Virus record (IMG/VR): IMGVR_UViG_3300027719_000011
Source: a virus
Reading direction: 5' to 3' (one strand)
Length of the DNA stretch: 41,741 bases
Positions 23,367-31,720 of the stretch are shown in pieces. Every line of letters starts with the position of its first letter. Positions within the stretch are counted from its first letter, which is position 1. The notes beneath the pieces were generated by a model. The model searched no databases and was not told the DNA's origin. It was given only the letters and a program-made list of their open reading frames with translations. The translations under genes and the position numbers were made by a program.

Positions 23367-24182
23367 ATGAACCCGATGGATGCAATCAATAATATTATCG
23401 GCAACGCTACCACCAACCCGACTGCCCCCGCAGCCTCTATTCGCTGGCTTGTGTGTGACAAGTGTAAAGACATTGTAGAGCACGACATGTCTCGCCTCCC
23501 CCCCGCCACATGCACTGCTTGCGAAGAAACCACATCTTTCAAGGTGATGCCGTCTCTGGAAGCTGCCCGCCGATTGGCCGAAGCTGCCCCAGTCGCTCCA
23601 GTCGCTCCAGTCGCTCCAGTCGCTGAACCGGCCAAACGCCAGCGCAAAACTGCCCCAGCACCTGTAGTCGTTGCACCCCCAGTGGTCGAAGCAACTACCG
23701 CAACTGCCACCGAAGCTACCGAACCCGAAGTGCTGTTGAATGAGCAGGGACAGGTAGACTTTAAGGCTATGCGTGAAGCAGCAACAAATCATTTGATCCA
23801 AAAGTTCCACCTTAACGAAGTGGACATCAAGGAAGTCGGCCAGGGCACAATCTTTTCACTGGGCTTCACCCGATGGGTCATCAATGAGAATGGCAATCGG
23901 GCACCGAGCTACAACTTCATGGAGCTGACAGACACCCCGGCATCTTTCAAGGAAGAACTCAATGCCGCCCGCAGTGAAGAAGGTATGATCACTGTCGATG
24001 TTGCCAAGATCGTTGGCCTCAATGCCGAAGGGGCCGCCACATGCTACAATGGTGAACTGATCGCCAGCTTGAAGAATCAGACCGGCCCCGTCCGTGCAGG
24101 ACTCGGCAGCCGCATTCGACTCGGTGCCAAGCTCTCTAAGTCTGGGCGCATCGTGTGGTTTGCGTTGGGTGTAGCGAAGTGA
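23367..24182 (+). CDS. Zn-ribbon protein with a (PVA)n linker and an unknown C-terminal domain
   Basis: I prefer the start at 23367 (MNPMDAINN), which has an AAGGA RBS. It has CDKC...CTAC cysteine pairs and an APVAPVAPVAPVA linker. Confidence 0.5.
   Translation: MNPMDAINNIIGNATTNPTAPAASIRWLVCDKCKDIVEHDMSRLPPATCTACEETTSFKVMPSLEAARRLAEAAPVAPVAPVAPVAEPAKRQRKTAPAPVVVAPPVVEATTATATEATEPEVLLNEQGQVDFKAMREAATNHLIQKFHLNEVDIKEVGQGTIFSLGFTRWVINENGNRAPSYNFMELTDTPASFKEELNAARSEEGMITVDVAKIVGLNAEGAATCYNGELIASLKNQTGPVRAGLGSRIRLGAKLSKSGRIVWFALGVAK
23586..23624. repeat. 9-bp tandem repeat gctccagtc, about 4.3 copies, in frame
   Basis: It is read directly from the sequence. The first unit is gccccagtc. It encodes (PVA)n. 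Confidence 0.9.
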
Positions 24183-25065
24183 GGGCAAAACTAGAATCCT
24201 GGCAGCTACAGCAACGGCAGGCGCAACCTCTTGAAATCAAAGAGCAACTGACGGCCAACCGTATCAAAGCCTACTATGAGCGGCTTGACGGCGAAGTCTA
24301 CATCAGCTTTAGTGGGGCAAGGATTCTACGGTTTTGTTACACCAAGTTCGCAGGATGTATCCGCATGTGCCAGCGGTGTTTGTAGACACAGGTCTGGAAT
24401 ACCCTGAGATCCGAGAGTTCGTAAGAACAATTGATAACGTAATTTGGCTGAAGCCGAAGATACCTTTCCCCCGAGTCATCGAAGAACACGGCTACCCGGT
24501 GATAAGCAAAGAAGTGTCCCAGAAGATAAAAGAAATCCAGACAACCAAAAGCGAGATATTGAGAAATATTCGGTTGAATGGGGACTTAAAAGGTAATGGG
24601 AAAATTTCTGAAAAATGGAAGTTCCTGGTCGATGCGCCTTTTAAAATTTCTGATCGCTGTTGCCACATTATGAAGAAAGCTCCGGTGAAACAATATGAAA
24701 AGGAGACGGGTAAGGGGGCTATAGTCGGAACTATGGCAGCGGACTCAAATCTTAGAAGACAATCTTATTTACAATACGGGTGTAACTCCTTCGGAGATAG
24801 ACCTATGTCCACTCCTATGGCTATCTGGCTTGAGGAGGACATCTGGGCCTACATCAAGAAGTACAATCTTCCTTACTCTAAGATTTACGATATGGGTTAC
24901 ACTCGAACAGGCTGCATGTTCTGTATGTTTGGGGTTCATTTGGAGCCTGACAGCCGATTTGAACGCATGAAGATCACGCATCCTCAGATTTATAATTACT
25001 GTATGGACAAATTGGGATTGCGTGAAGTACTTCGCTACTGTGGCTTTGAACCCCCGAAAGAGTAA
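24179..25065 (+). pseudogene. PAPS-reductase-family (PP-loop ATPase) gene interrupted by a 1-nt frame change at the G4 run 24314..24317
   Basis: Frame A ends ...DGEVYISFSG and then goes out of frame. Frame B continues KDSTVLLHQVRRMYPHVPAVFVDTGLEYPEIREFV. Joined, they restore the canonical SFSGGKDSTV and DTG..YPE motifs. The C-terminus has TRTGCMFCMFG. Confidence 0.75.
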
Positions 25066-25156
25066 ATCTGGATGGAGCGGCATGTCAGCTGTGCTACTGC
25101 CGCCCACCAGCAAGGCTGGCCGATTGCCTTAAAATTCGGTAGGAGAATTACGACTT

Positions 25157-25906
25157 ATGGCTATTAAAGTACAAGCGACTAAGGCAACTGGAACCGAAGC
25201 GACTGAAGCAACTGGAACTGACCTGACCGCTGCCCCTGTGAACAATGCACTCGCAGCATTCAGTGCAATCAACCTCTTCAACGTCGAACCCCCGAAGCCC
25301 TCCAACAACTTGCTCCCACAGGTGAAGATCCCCTATCCAATCGAGATGAGCGATGTGTTCGGTGCTGATAAGCTCTACAAGGTTGGCCTGTTCGATGGCA
25401 GTGCATTCACGTTGGTGCAGGCTCCCTACATCATGACAGTTATTGGTATGCGTGAATGTGCCCGCAAACTGGTTACCCCTGACAGTGGCGAGAACAGCTA
25501 TGAGCGCAGCTACAAGTCTATGGGCACCGGCTTTGATGCCAGCGCTGCCGCCTATGAACAGCATCTGACCGACCCCGAAGCTCAGAAAGGCGTGTCGATG
25601 ATCGTCGGCATCATCGCAGCTGATGGTGCAGTAACTGTGGCCGAGTTGCCAGCGTTCAAAGTGCTGAAAGACTACTGGGTCAAACCCCTTCATCAGGCAA
25701 GAGCTGCCAATGGTTGCGGCCTCAGAGTCACCATCGCAGATCACAGTGTGAACCTTGTGCAGGCCAAGACCGGTACCAACAAGTATCTTGCACCCAACAA
25801 GTTCACCCAGCACAGCATCGTAGACCTCACCCCCGAACAGACCGGTTGCCTTGCAGCCGTTTTGGAAACCGCCAAGGACAAGTTTGAAGCCTGGGCGAAA
25901 CAGTAA
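25157..25906 (+). CDS. Hypothetical early protein (249 aa), possibly DNA-binding
   Basis: It has a good AGGAG RBS and its own downstream hairpin. I recognise no motif, so the function is a guess from context. Confidence 0.5.
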   Translation: MAIKVQATKATGTEATEATGTDLTAAPVNNALAAFSAINLFNVEPPKPSNNLLPQVKIPYPIEMSDVFGADKLYKVGLFDGSAFTLVQAPYIMTVIGMRECARKLVTPDSGENSYERSYKSMGTGFDASAAAYEQHLTDPEAQKGVSMIVGIIAADGAVTVAELPAFKVLKDYWVKPLHQARAANGCGLRVTIADHSVNLVQAKTGTNKYLAPNKFTQHSIVDLTPEQTGCLAAVLETAKDKFEAWAKQ

Positions 25907-25915
25907 CTGATCCGG

Positions 25916-25942
25916 TAAGGCACCCTTAACACAGGTGCCTTA
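25916..25942 (+). terminator. Stem-loop after gene 25157..25906
   Basis: TAAGGCACC (25916..25924) pairs with GGTGCCTTA (25934..25942) around a 9-nt loop. It is followed by tcccttt, a weak U-tract. Confidence 0.45.
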
Positions 25943-25967
25943 TCCCTTTAAGAGAATGGAGGTTCAC

Positions 25968-26120
25968 ATGACAGGATTGGAAGCAAAGCTGGCCGAGGCT
26001 CTTCGGGTTCTCAGGCTACTGTATGAGTGGAACGTCAATGAAGTGGATCAGTTCGGGGGAGTGCTGCCCGACAATGAGATTATCGAAGCTGTGAAAGCTG
26101 TGCTGGGAGAGACAGAATGA
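25968..26120 (+). CDS. Hypothetical small protein (50 aa)
   Basis: I prefer the ATG at 25968, which has a GGAGG 5 nt upstream. The ORF-track start lies inside the hairpin. It is ATGA-coupled to the helicase gene. Confidence 0.4.
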   Translation: MTGLEAKLAEALRVLRLLYEWNVNEVDQFGGVLPDNEIIEAVKAVLGETE

Positions 26121-27643
26121 TACACGCTATTAAGGTCGGGAGCGGGTGGTGCCGATACAAAACGACTACCATCATCGCACCCGGCGACTACTACAAACTG
26201 GACGGGAAGCCGACCGACCTACTCAAACGCCAGCTGGCGTTGCAGGCGGTCAGTGACCCGAACGGTAGATTTCACTGGATCACTCCGGCAGCCGAATGGA
26301 TCCGCTTCGTGCTGCTGGGACAATTTGTCAAGGAAACAACCGCCTATGGACGAGACATCGACATTGCCCATCTCACCCGCACCTTTGGAGGATTCGACAT
26401 CACCAGACTCAGACCTTGGCAACTCAGAACCATCGCCGATGCCGTGTCATCGCTGGAGTCGGGTTTTCAATATCGCCGTGGATGTATCGTATCTCTCGGA
26501 GGAGGAAAAACTCTTGCGGGCTTACTACTTGGAACGCTTGGCGATAGATCGGCTGTCCTTGCCCCTCGACATACGCATGATACCTGGCGACGAGATGCCG
26601 ACAAGTGGCAGCTCCCCTGCCCCATCATCTCAACCTATGAGTCAGCCCACCGAATAGAACCGGTTGATGTGCTGATCCTCGATGAAATCCTGTTGGTTTG
26701 CAACCCCGACACCCTTCGTGCGGAAAAGGCGCGGCTACTCAGCAAAGATGCCAGCATCGTTGTCGGTCTGACCGGCACACCAACATCTGCCCGTGGCCCA
26801 CTCGATTGGCGTTGGTTGGATTGTGTGCGGCCAGGATGTGTGCCAACCAATGAGGTGCCGTGGCGCTTCCTGTTCTCGACCCAGACTGAAGTGAAGGAAG
26901 TCGCACCAGGGCGTAAAGCTTACGTGACCCCTGCTACAAGCTGGGACACCGAACGCATCGCCAGTTATGTAGGGTCATTCCTGATGAGAGTAGACACAAG
27001 TGAACTTTTGGCACATTTGCCACCAGCCACCTACACTCAGCTGTCAGTGCCCAAGCCAAAAGACTGGGACGTTGTGATGAAGGGTGCCGCCACTACACAT
27101 GGTGCCAGCAAGCGACTCACCCAGGCTCGGATGCTCAGTGACGGCTTTGTCCTCGACGACGATGGCAATGTCATTCGCCTCGACATGAACAAGATCAATG
27201 CTGTGGGTGAGTTTGTTGAAGGTCTTGGTGAGCCGGTCGTGATATTTGCTGCGTGGCGTGAAACAATCTCGGCACTGGTCAAGCGACTGCATGAATACAG
27301 TCCCGCTATCGTGAGCGGAGACACTGCCGACATTGGCTTCCAGATTCAGAGATTTCTGAACGAGGAAACTGATGTGCTGATCGTTAATTCAAGAGCCGGT
27401 TCGGGCATAGATGGGCTTCAGCAGCGGAGTCGCATCGAGATATTCGTGTCGAACTCGACCAGTCCAGTAGATCGTGTGCAGGCAGAAGGACGCATCTACC
27501 GGTCAGGTCAGAATCGTGGTTGTCAGATCGTCGATGTGGTGGCTGAAGATACCCTGGACGTTCGACAGCTGGAACTGCTGAAAGGTCACAACGACCTGTC
27601 AGCTTCGATGGTGGAGAAAATTCTATTGGAGGCATTGGTATGA
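26117..27643 (+). CDS. SNF2/DEAD-like superfamily 2 helicase
   Basis: The motifs are SLGGGKTLAG (I), VLILDEILLV (II), GLTGTPTS (III) and VQAEGRIYRSGQ (VI). Confidence 0.8.
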   Translation: MIHAIKVGSGWCRYKTTTIIAPGDYYKLDGKPTDLLKRQLALQAVSDPNGRFHWITPAAEWIRFVLLGQFVKETTAYGRDIDIAHLTRTFGGFDITRLRPWQLRTIADAVSSLESGFQYRRGCIVSLGGGKTLAGLLLGTLGDRSAVLAPRHTHDTWRRDADKWQLPCPIISTYESAHRIEPVDVLILDEILLVCNPDTLRAEKARLLSKDASIVVGLTGTPTSARGPLDWRWLDCVRPGCVPTNEVPWRFLFSTQTEVKEVAPGRKAYVTPATSWDTERIASYVGSFLMRVDTSELLAHLPPATYTQLSVPKPKDWDVVMKGAATTHGASKRLTQARMLSDGFVLDDDGNVIRLDMNKINAVGEFVEGLGEPVVIFAAWRETISALVKRLHEYSPAIVSGDTADIGFQIQRFLNEETDVLIVNSRAGSGIDGLQQRSRIEIFVSNSTSPVDRVQAEGRIYRSGQNRGCQIVDVVAEDTLDVRQLELLKGHNDLSASMVEKILLEALV

Positions 27644-27774
27644 AGAAACTAAGCAATCAATCTTCCCCCGTGACCGCTGCCCGCAGACGGGCAACCAACC
27701 GTAAACTGGCCAGATTCTACTATGGCCTGCGCTCAAAGAAACATGCTACCAGGTTTGCGGAGGTGATGGAGTAG
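27640..27774 (+). CDS. Possible 44-aa basic protein
   Basis: My hand translation is MKKLSNQSSPVTAARRRATNRKLARFYYGLRSKKHATRFAEVME. Its ATG overlaps the helicase TGA. Confidence 0.3.
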   Translation: MKKLSNQSSPVTAARRRATNRKLARFYYGLRSKKHATRFAEVME

Positions 27775-27780
27775 AATTAT

Positions 27781-27824
27781 TTAGTTGACACAGAAAGTTA
27801 AAAATGCTATTCTGTGTCAACTAA
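27781..27824 (+). promoter_or_regulatory. Perfect 15-bp inverted repeat with an embedded promoter-like element, upstream of the HNH gene
   Basis: TTAGTTGACACAGAA (27781..27795) pairs with TTCTGTGTCAACTAA (27810..27824). It contains TTGACA (27785..27790), a 17-nt spacer, then TATTCT (27808..27813). It could equally be a terminator-like hairpin. Confidence 0.45.
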
Positions 27825-27842
27825 GTTTAAGGAGAGTGCAAA

Positions 27843-28463
27843 ATGAGCAGTGTAGAAGATCGTCAGAAATATCACACAGAGTATAGGCGCAAGAATCGGG
27901 AGAGTCTGAGAGCAAAAAATAGGCTCATAAGAATAAAGAAAAAAGAAGCAGGATTTTGCCAAACTTGCGGTTGGGGGGTTCCAGTAGTCCCGGGCAAAAC
28001 TATGTGCGAGAAGCACTTAGAAGCTCGGAAAAGTCGCCGAGGGAAGAAGACCAAAACTTGGCAAAAAAATGGTATGTGTGCCCATTGTGGCCAGTTTCCA
28101 GCAGTAGAAGGTAAAAGATCCTGCGAACGTTGTTTGATATACGGGAGCCGAGGAGTAAGGGAACGAGGAGCGGCAGGTAAGCGCAAAATCGTGGCATATC
28201 TCGGAGGCAAGTGCCAGAGATGTGGGCTTGTTACGGATTGTATGCCCGTATACGAAATCCACCATCTAAGCAAAAAGAATAAAGACTTCAATATGAAAAC
28301 TATCCAAAGCTGGTCTTGGGAGACGATTTTAACCGAACTGAACAAAGGGGTTCAGCTTCTATGTGCGAACTGTCATAGGATTATCCAGCATAACCACGAA
28401 GAAAATTGGGCCAACAAGACTTTGCCGATAGGGCCAAGATCAAAAGATAGGGAGAACAAATGA
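27843..28463 (+). CDS. HNH endonuclease with N-terminal Cys-rich repeats
   Basis: The HNH core is GGKCQRCG...YEIHHL...LLCANCHR. The N-terminus has repeated CxxC pairs (CQTCG, CEKH, CAHCG, CERC). It has an AAGGAG RBS and an ATGA overlap with the polymerase gene. Confidence 0.85.
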   Translation: MSSVEDRQKYHTEYRRKNRESLRAKNRLIRIKKKEAGFCQTCGWGVPVVPGKTMCEKHLEARKSRRGKKTKTWQKNGMCAHCGQFPAVEGKRSCERCLIYGSRGVRERGAAGKRKIVAYLGGKCQRCGLVTDCMPVYEIHHLSKKNKDFNMKTIQSWSWETILTELNKGVQLLCANCHRIIQHNHEENWANKTLPIGPRSKDRENK

Positions 28464-30592
28464 AACTCTATTTAGACGGAGAGAGCGTTGGACTCGGAGG
28501 TTACGCAAAGACCTTCCAGTACGCTATCGACGATGGGCCGGTTGAGATAATCGTGCTGTTCAAAGGGTGGGAGAGCGACCCGATAGTTTGTGAAAAGCTG
28601 GAAGGGTTGCACAAACTTCTGAATGACCCTTCTACAATCATGACCGGGTACAATACCGCCTTCGATTTTTTTCTCCTTTACAAGACTTTACACCGGATGA
28701 AAGGGTTCAAGTATGACTCAGCAGAAAGACCGGTCGAGCCGTTCAAGTGCAAGACGCTCGACCTCTACGTGGCAGCGGCATCCAGATCCCCACTTGCTCC
28801 CTTTTCCTACTCTAAAGGAGCTTCAAAGTCGGTGGCAGCAGTGCGTAAGATACCCAGACGTACCGCAGATGTTGTTGCTGCTCGGGTGGAGGGAGTTCTA
28901 CGTCCCCTCCTTCCCGAAGTCGTTGAACTGAAGCGGCATGAGAAAGAAGTTAAGGGCAGCAAAGACCTGGTGACTTTGTGTTGGACACTCGATGGGCGCA
29001 TGTCACTCAAGAATCTGATGCAGGTTTACGGACTCAAGACCCTCAAGCTGGCAGAACTGTGGCCACTACCCGCCAAAGGAACGGAAAGCCCTTGGCTTCC
29101 ATACCCAGACCCAGCAGTGCATGATCCGATTGAAGCACAGTGCGACACCGTGATGAGTGACCCAGACTCCCCGTTCTGGAAGTATGCAGAGCTGGACATC
29201 TGGTTCCTCAAGGTGCTGGAAGAAAAGCTGGGCTACCCCGAACCAAACCAGCACGACACCTGCACCCACATTGTCGCCTACACCAGATACTATGGCTTCC
29301 CTCTTGACCGTGAAGTGTTGTTGCGAACCAAGGCAGCATACCAGAAGAAGATCGCTGCGGCTCAGGATACCTTGCAGGGCATCAACCTCGGCTCCCCAAA
29401 GCAGAAGCTGGCACTCTTGCGCCAGCATGACCCCCTGATCGCTTCGAGTGCGAAGAAGGTCATTCAAGTCATTGCCGACTCCGATCGCCCCGCAGCGCCC
29501 ATCGCTCAAGCAATGATGGATTACACGTCCTACACCCAGCGTCTCAACCAGGTTGAAAAGGTACTTGGGTGTCGAACCGGACGAGCGCACCCCAGCCTCA
29601 GAGTCATGGGCACCCGCACTGGACGCATGGCGGGGGAAGCTGGCCTCAACTGGCAGGGTATCCCACAGGCCAAGAAGGGCATCGGCATACGTGCGGCTCT
29701 CGGTGCAGTGGGGGTTGGGGACTGGAGCCAGTTTGAAGTGTGCATCGCCGCTGCCGCCTATCCAGATGTAATGATCCAAAGCGACCTGGACAACAACGTG
29801 GACGCGCACACCATGAACGCAATCCTCATGCAGCCCGAAGCTAAGAGCAGAGGGTGGACGTATGAAGCAATGGTGGAGCTGATCGAGGCCAAAGATCCTC
29901 TCGCGAACTCGCTCAGGAAGCGCACAAAGCCCGTTACGTTCGGTCTCCAGTACTTCTGTCAGGCTCAGAAGGTGGCAGAGGTATTGGGAGTTCCACTGTC
30001 GGTGGGCGAAGCGGCGTTGGCAGCTTACTACGCCCGCTACCAGGGCTTCGGGGCATACAAGACCCGTATCGAGAAAGAGACCTGCACCGCAGACACCGAG
30101 AACTGGACACGCGGATCAGTGCAGAAGATGGCCCGTGAAGTCACCGACATGACCGGCTACACCATGCGCTGGGACTTTGAAGCCAAGTGTGCAGAGGCGT
30201 TGTGGCAGCTGGGCGGCACCGGTATCCAGACCGGCATCGACGGCACTGTTGTCCGGTCGGTTGAGAAGGGTCGGCAGTCGCTCGATGGCGCTGTGAAGTC
30301 GGCACTGCTCGGTGGAGCGATTTCGATCCAGGCAGCGGTCAGTCGTCAGCGGGGCAACGCACTGGTACAGGCCACTGGAGCCAACTTGACCAAGATGCTG
30401 ATGAACGAGTTGTGGCAGGCACTGCGGTGCCCGATGATGAACATCCATGATGAAATCGTGTTTGCAGACCACCCGAACTTCGACCTTGACAAAGTTCAGA
30501 CCATCATCGCATCATTTACCGAACGATGGAAGAAGAGAATCCCCTCGTTATTTTTTGACTTTCACCCCACCAAAGTGTGGGCTGATAAATAA
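28460..30592 (+). CDS. Family A DNA polymerase with an N-terminal 3'-5' exonuclease domain
   Basis: The exonuclease motifs are LDGESVGL and GYNTAFDFF. The polymerase motifs are A (DWSQFEVCIAAAAY), B (RKRTKPVTFGLQYF) and C (NIHDEIVF). Confidence 0.9.
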   Translation: MKLYLDGESVGLGGYAKTFQYAIDDGPVEIIVLFKGWESDPIVCEKLEGLHKLLNDPSTIMTGYNTAFDFFLLYKTLHRMKGFKYDSAERPVEPFKCKTLDLYVAAASRSPLAPFSYSKGASKSVAAVRKIPRRTADVVAARVEGVLRPLLPEVVELKRHEKEVKGSKDLVTLCWTLDGRMSLKNLMQVYGLKTLKLAELWPLPAKGTESPWLPYPDPAVHDPIEAQCDTVMSDPDSPFWKYAELDIWFLKVLEEKLGYPEPNQHDTCTHIVAYTRYYGFPLDREVLLRTKAAYQKKIAAAQDTLQGINLGSPKQKLALLRQHDPLIASSAKKVIQVIADSDRPAAPIAQAMMDYTSYTQRLNQVEKVLGCRTGRAHPSLRVMGTRTGRMAGEAGLNWQGIPQAKKGIGIRAALGAVGVGDWSQFEVCIAAAAYPDVMIQSDLDNNVDAHTMNAILMQPEAKSRGWTYEAMVELIEAKDPLANSLRKRTKPVTFGLQYFCQAQKVAEVLGVPLSVGEAALAAYYARYQGFGAYKTRIEKETCTADTENWTRGSVQKMAREVTDMTGYTMRWDFEAKCAEALWQLGGTGIQTGIDGTVVRSVEKGRQSLDGAVKSALLGGAISIQAAVSRQRGNALVQATGANLTKMLMNELWQALRCPMMNIHDEIVFADHPNFDLDKVQTIIASFTERWKKRIPSLFFDFHPTKVWADK

Positions 30593-30606
30593 AGGAGCAA
30601 TCAACA

Positions 30607-30867
30607 ATGGCAACTAGACAATTCTGTGACCTGTGTAATGTTCTTCTCAATGGCTCGCCGGCCAAGATCATCAAGGCTATGGCGATTGTAGACAGGCCGG
30701 AAGCGATGAACTACTGTGTGCAGGGTGAAGAACCCTCGGTCATTAAGCTGCCCGTAACTGTGACCGTCGAAGGTGAATACTGCGACAGATGCAAGGTGCA
30801 CATTCTGGGTCGCATCAAAGACCTGTCGGTCATCAACAGTATCCTGACCAAGAAGCTGGGAGCATAG
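30607..30867 (+). CDS. Hypothetical Zn-ribbon-like protein (86 aa)
   Basis: It has CDLC...CDRC cysteine pairs and a GGAG RBS. Confidence 0.45.
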   Translation: MATRQFCDLCNVLLNGSPAKIIKAMAIVDRPEAMNYCVQGEEPSVIKLPVTVTVEGEYCDRCKVHILGRIKDLSVINSILTKKLGA

Positions 30868-30871
30868 CCGC

Positions 30872-31720
30872 ATGACAAAGATCACCCTGGTTCAACCCCA
30901 TCTCTCATTCTCAGCCGTCAACCAGTTCGCCACCTGCCCCCGTGCATGGTTCAGCCAGCGCGTGTTGGGCAAGAAGCAACCTGCAGGTGAAGCGGCCAAC
31001 TTCGGTCTAGCTTATGAAGCCCAGATCATCGAAGCCCTCAAAGCCACCAACGAGAAGGGTGCTGACGAGCGCGTCGACATCTCTGATCCGCAGGTAGCTC
31101 GACAGATCGAAGAGGCGAAACGAGTGTATCTCTCGTCACCGGGTGCCTGGTCTGCCGACATGCCCGGTAAGATCGTCGCACAGCGTGAGATCAAAATCAC
31201 CCCAGAACAATGGGGCACACTGGCCGACATGTATGATGCTCCCGGCGAGATCCACCTGCCGATGATCGGCTTCATCGATTTGCTGCACACCGATCCCACC
31301 GGACTCAGACGAACTGTGAACGACCTCAAGACCACCAAACAACCCGGTTGCAACACATCGTGGCTCCTGCAAACTGCACTCTACGCATTGGCAGAACGCG
31401 CACAACAGATCGAAATTCATGTGTTGCTGCGACCGCAGGAACGTGCAACGAAGAAGCCCCGCGCTGAAGACTGGTTGCCCAAGTTCCAGACCGCCATTTA
31501 CACGTACCGTCCCCATGACGGTACTTTCAAATGGGTGATGGGTTGGATCGGCTACCACGCGATGAAGATGCGCGAAGCTGAGAAGTCGAGCCTTGAGCGC
31601 CTGCCAGCATGTGCAAGCTATGCGTGCGCCTGGTGCCCAGAATCAACGACATGTGAGGCTGCTCTGGTGTCAGGTCTTACACCGACCGGCGGCACCAAGC
31701 TGAAGGAGGGTGACGAATGA
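30872..31720 (+). CDS. PD-(D/E)XK Cas4/RecB-like exonuclease
   Basis: It has an N-terminal Cys (FATCPRAWF), IGFIDLL, NDLKTTK, LLQTALYALA (QxxxY) and a C-terminal Cys cluster (CASYACAWCPESTTC). Confidence 0.8.
   Translation: MTKITLVQPHLSFSAVNQFATCPRAWFSQRVLGKKQPAGEAANFGLAYEAQIIEALKATNEKGADERVDISDPQVARQIEEAKRVYLSSPGAWSADMPGKIVAQREIKITPEQWGTLADMYDAPGEIHLPMIGFIDLLHTDPTGLRRTVNDLKTTKQPGCNTSWLLQTALYALAERAQQIEIHVLLRPQERATKKPRAEDWLPKFQTAIYTYRPHDGTFKWVMGWIGYHAMKMREAEKSSLERLPACASYACAWCPESTTCEAALVSGLTPTGGTKLKEGDE

Larger units (their letters stand above)
27775..28463 (+). mobile_element. Free-standing HNH homing-endonuclease cassette
   Basis: The segment is lower in GC by eye, carries its own inverted repeat and promoter, and is wedged between the helicase and DNA polymerase genes. 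Confidence 0.5.

Noticed and set aside
23096-23810. Minus-strand ORFs of 204 aa and 167 aa with striking GATGATGATG and SDWSDWSDW repeats
   Set aside because: The repeats are simply the antisense reading of the 9-bp tandem repeat in the plus-strand gene 23367..24182. These ORFs have no RBS and run against the operon direction.
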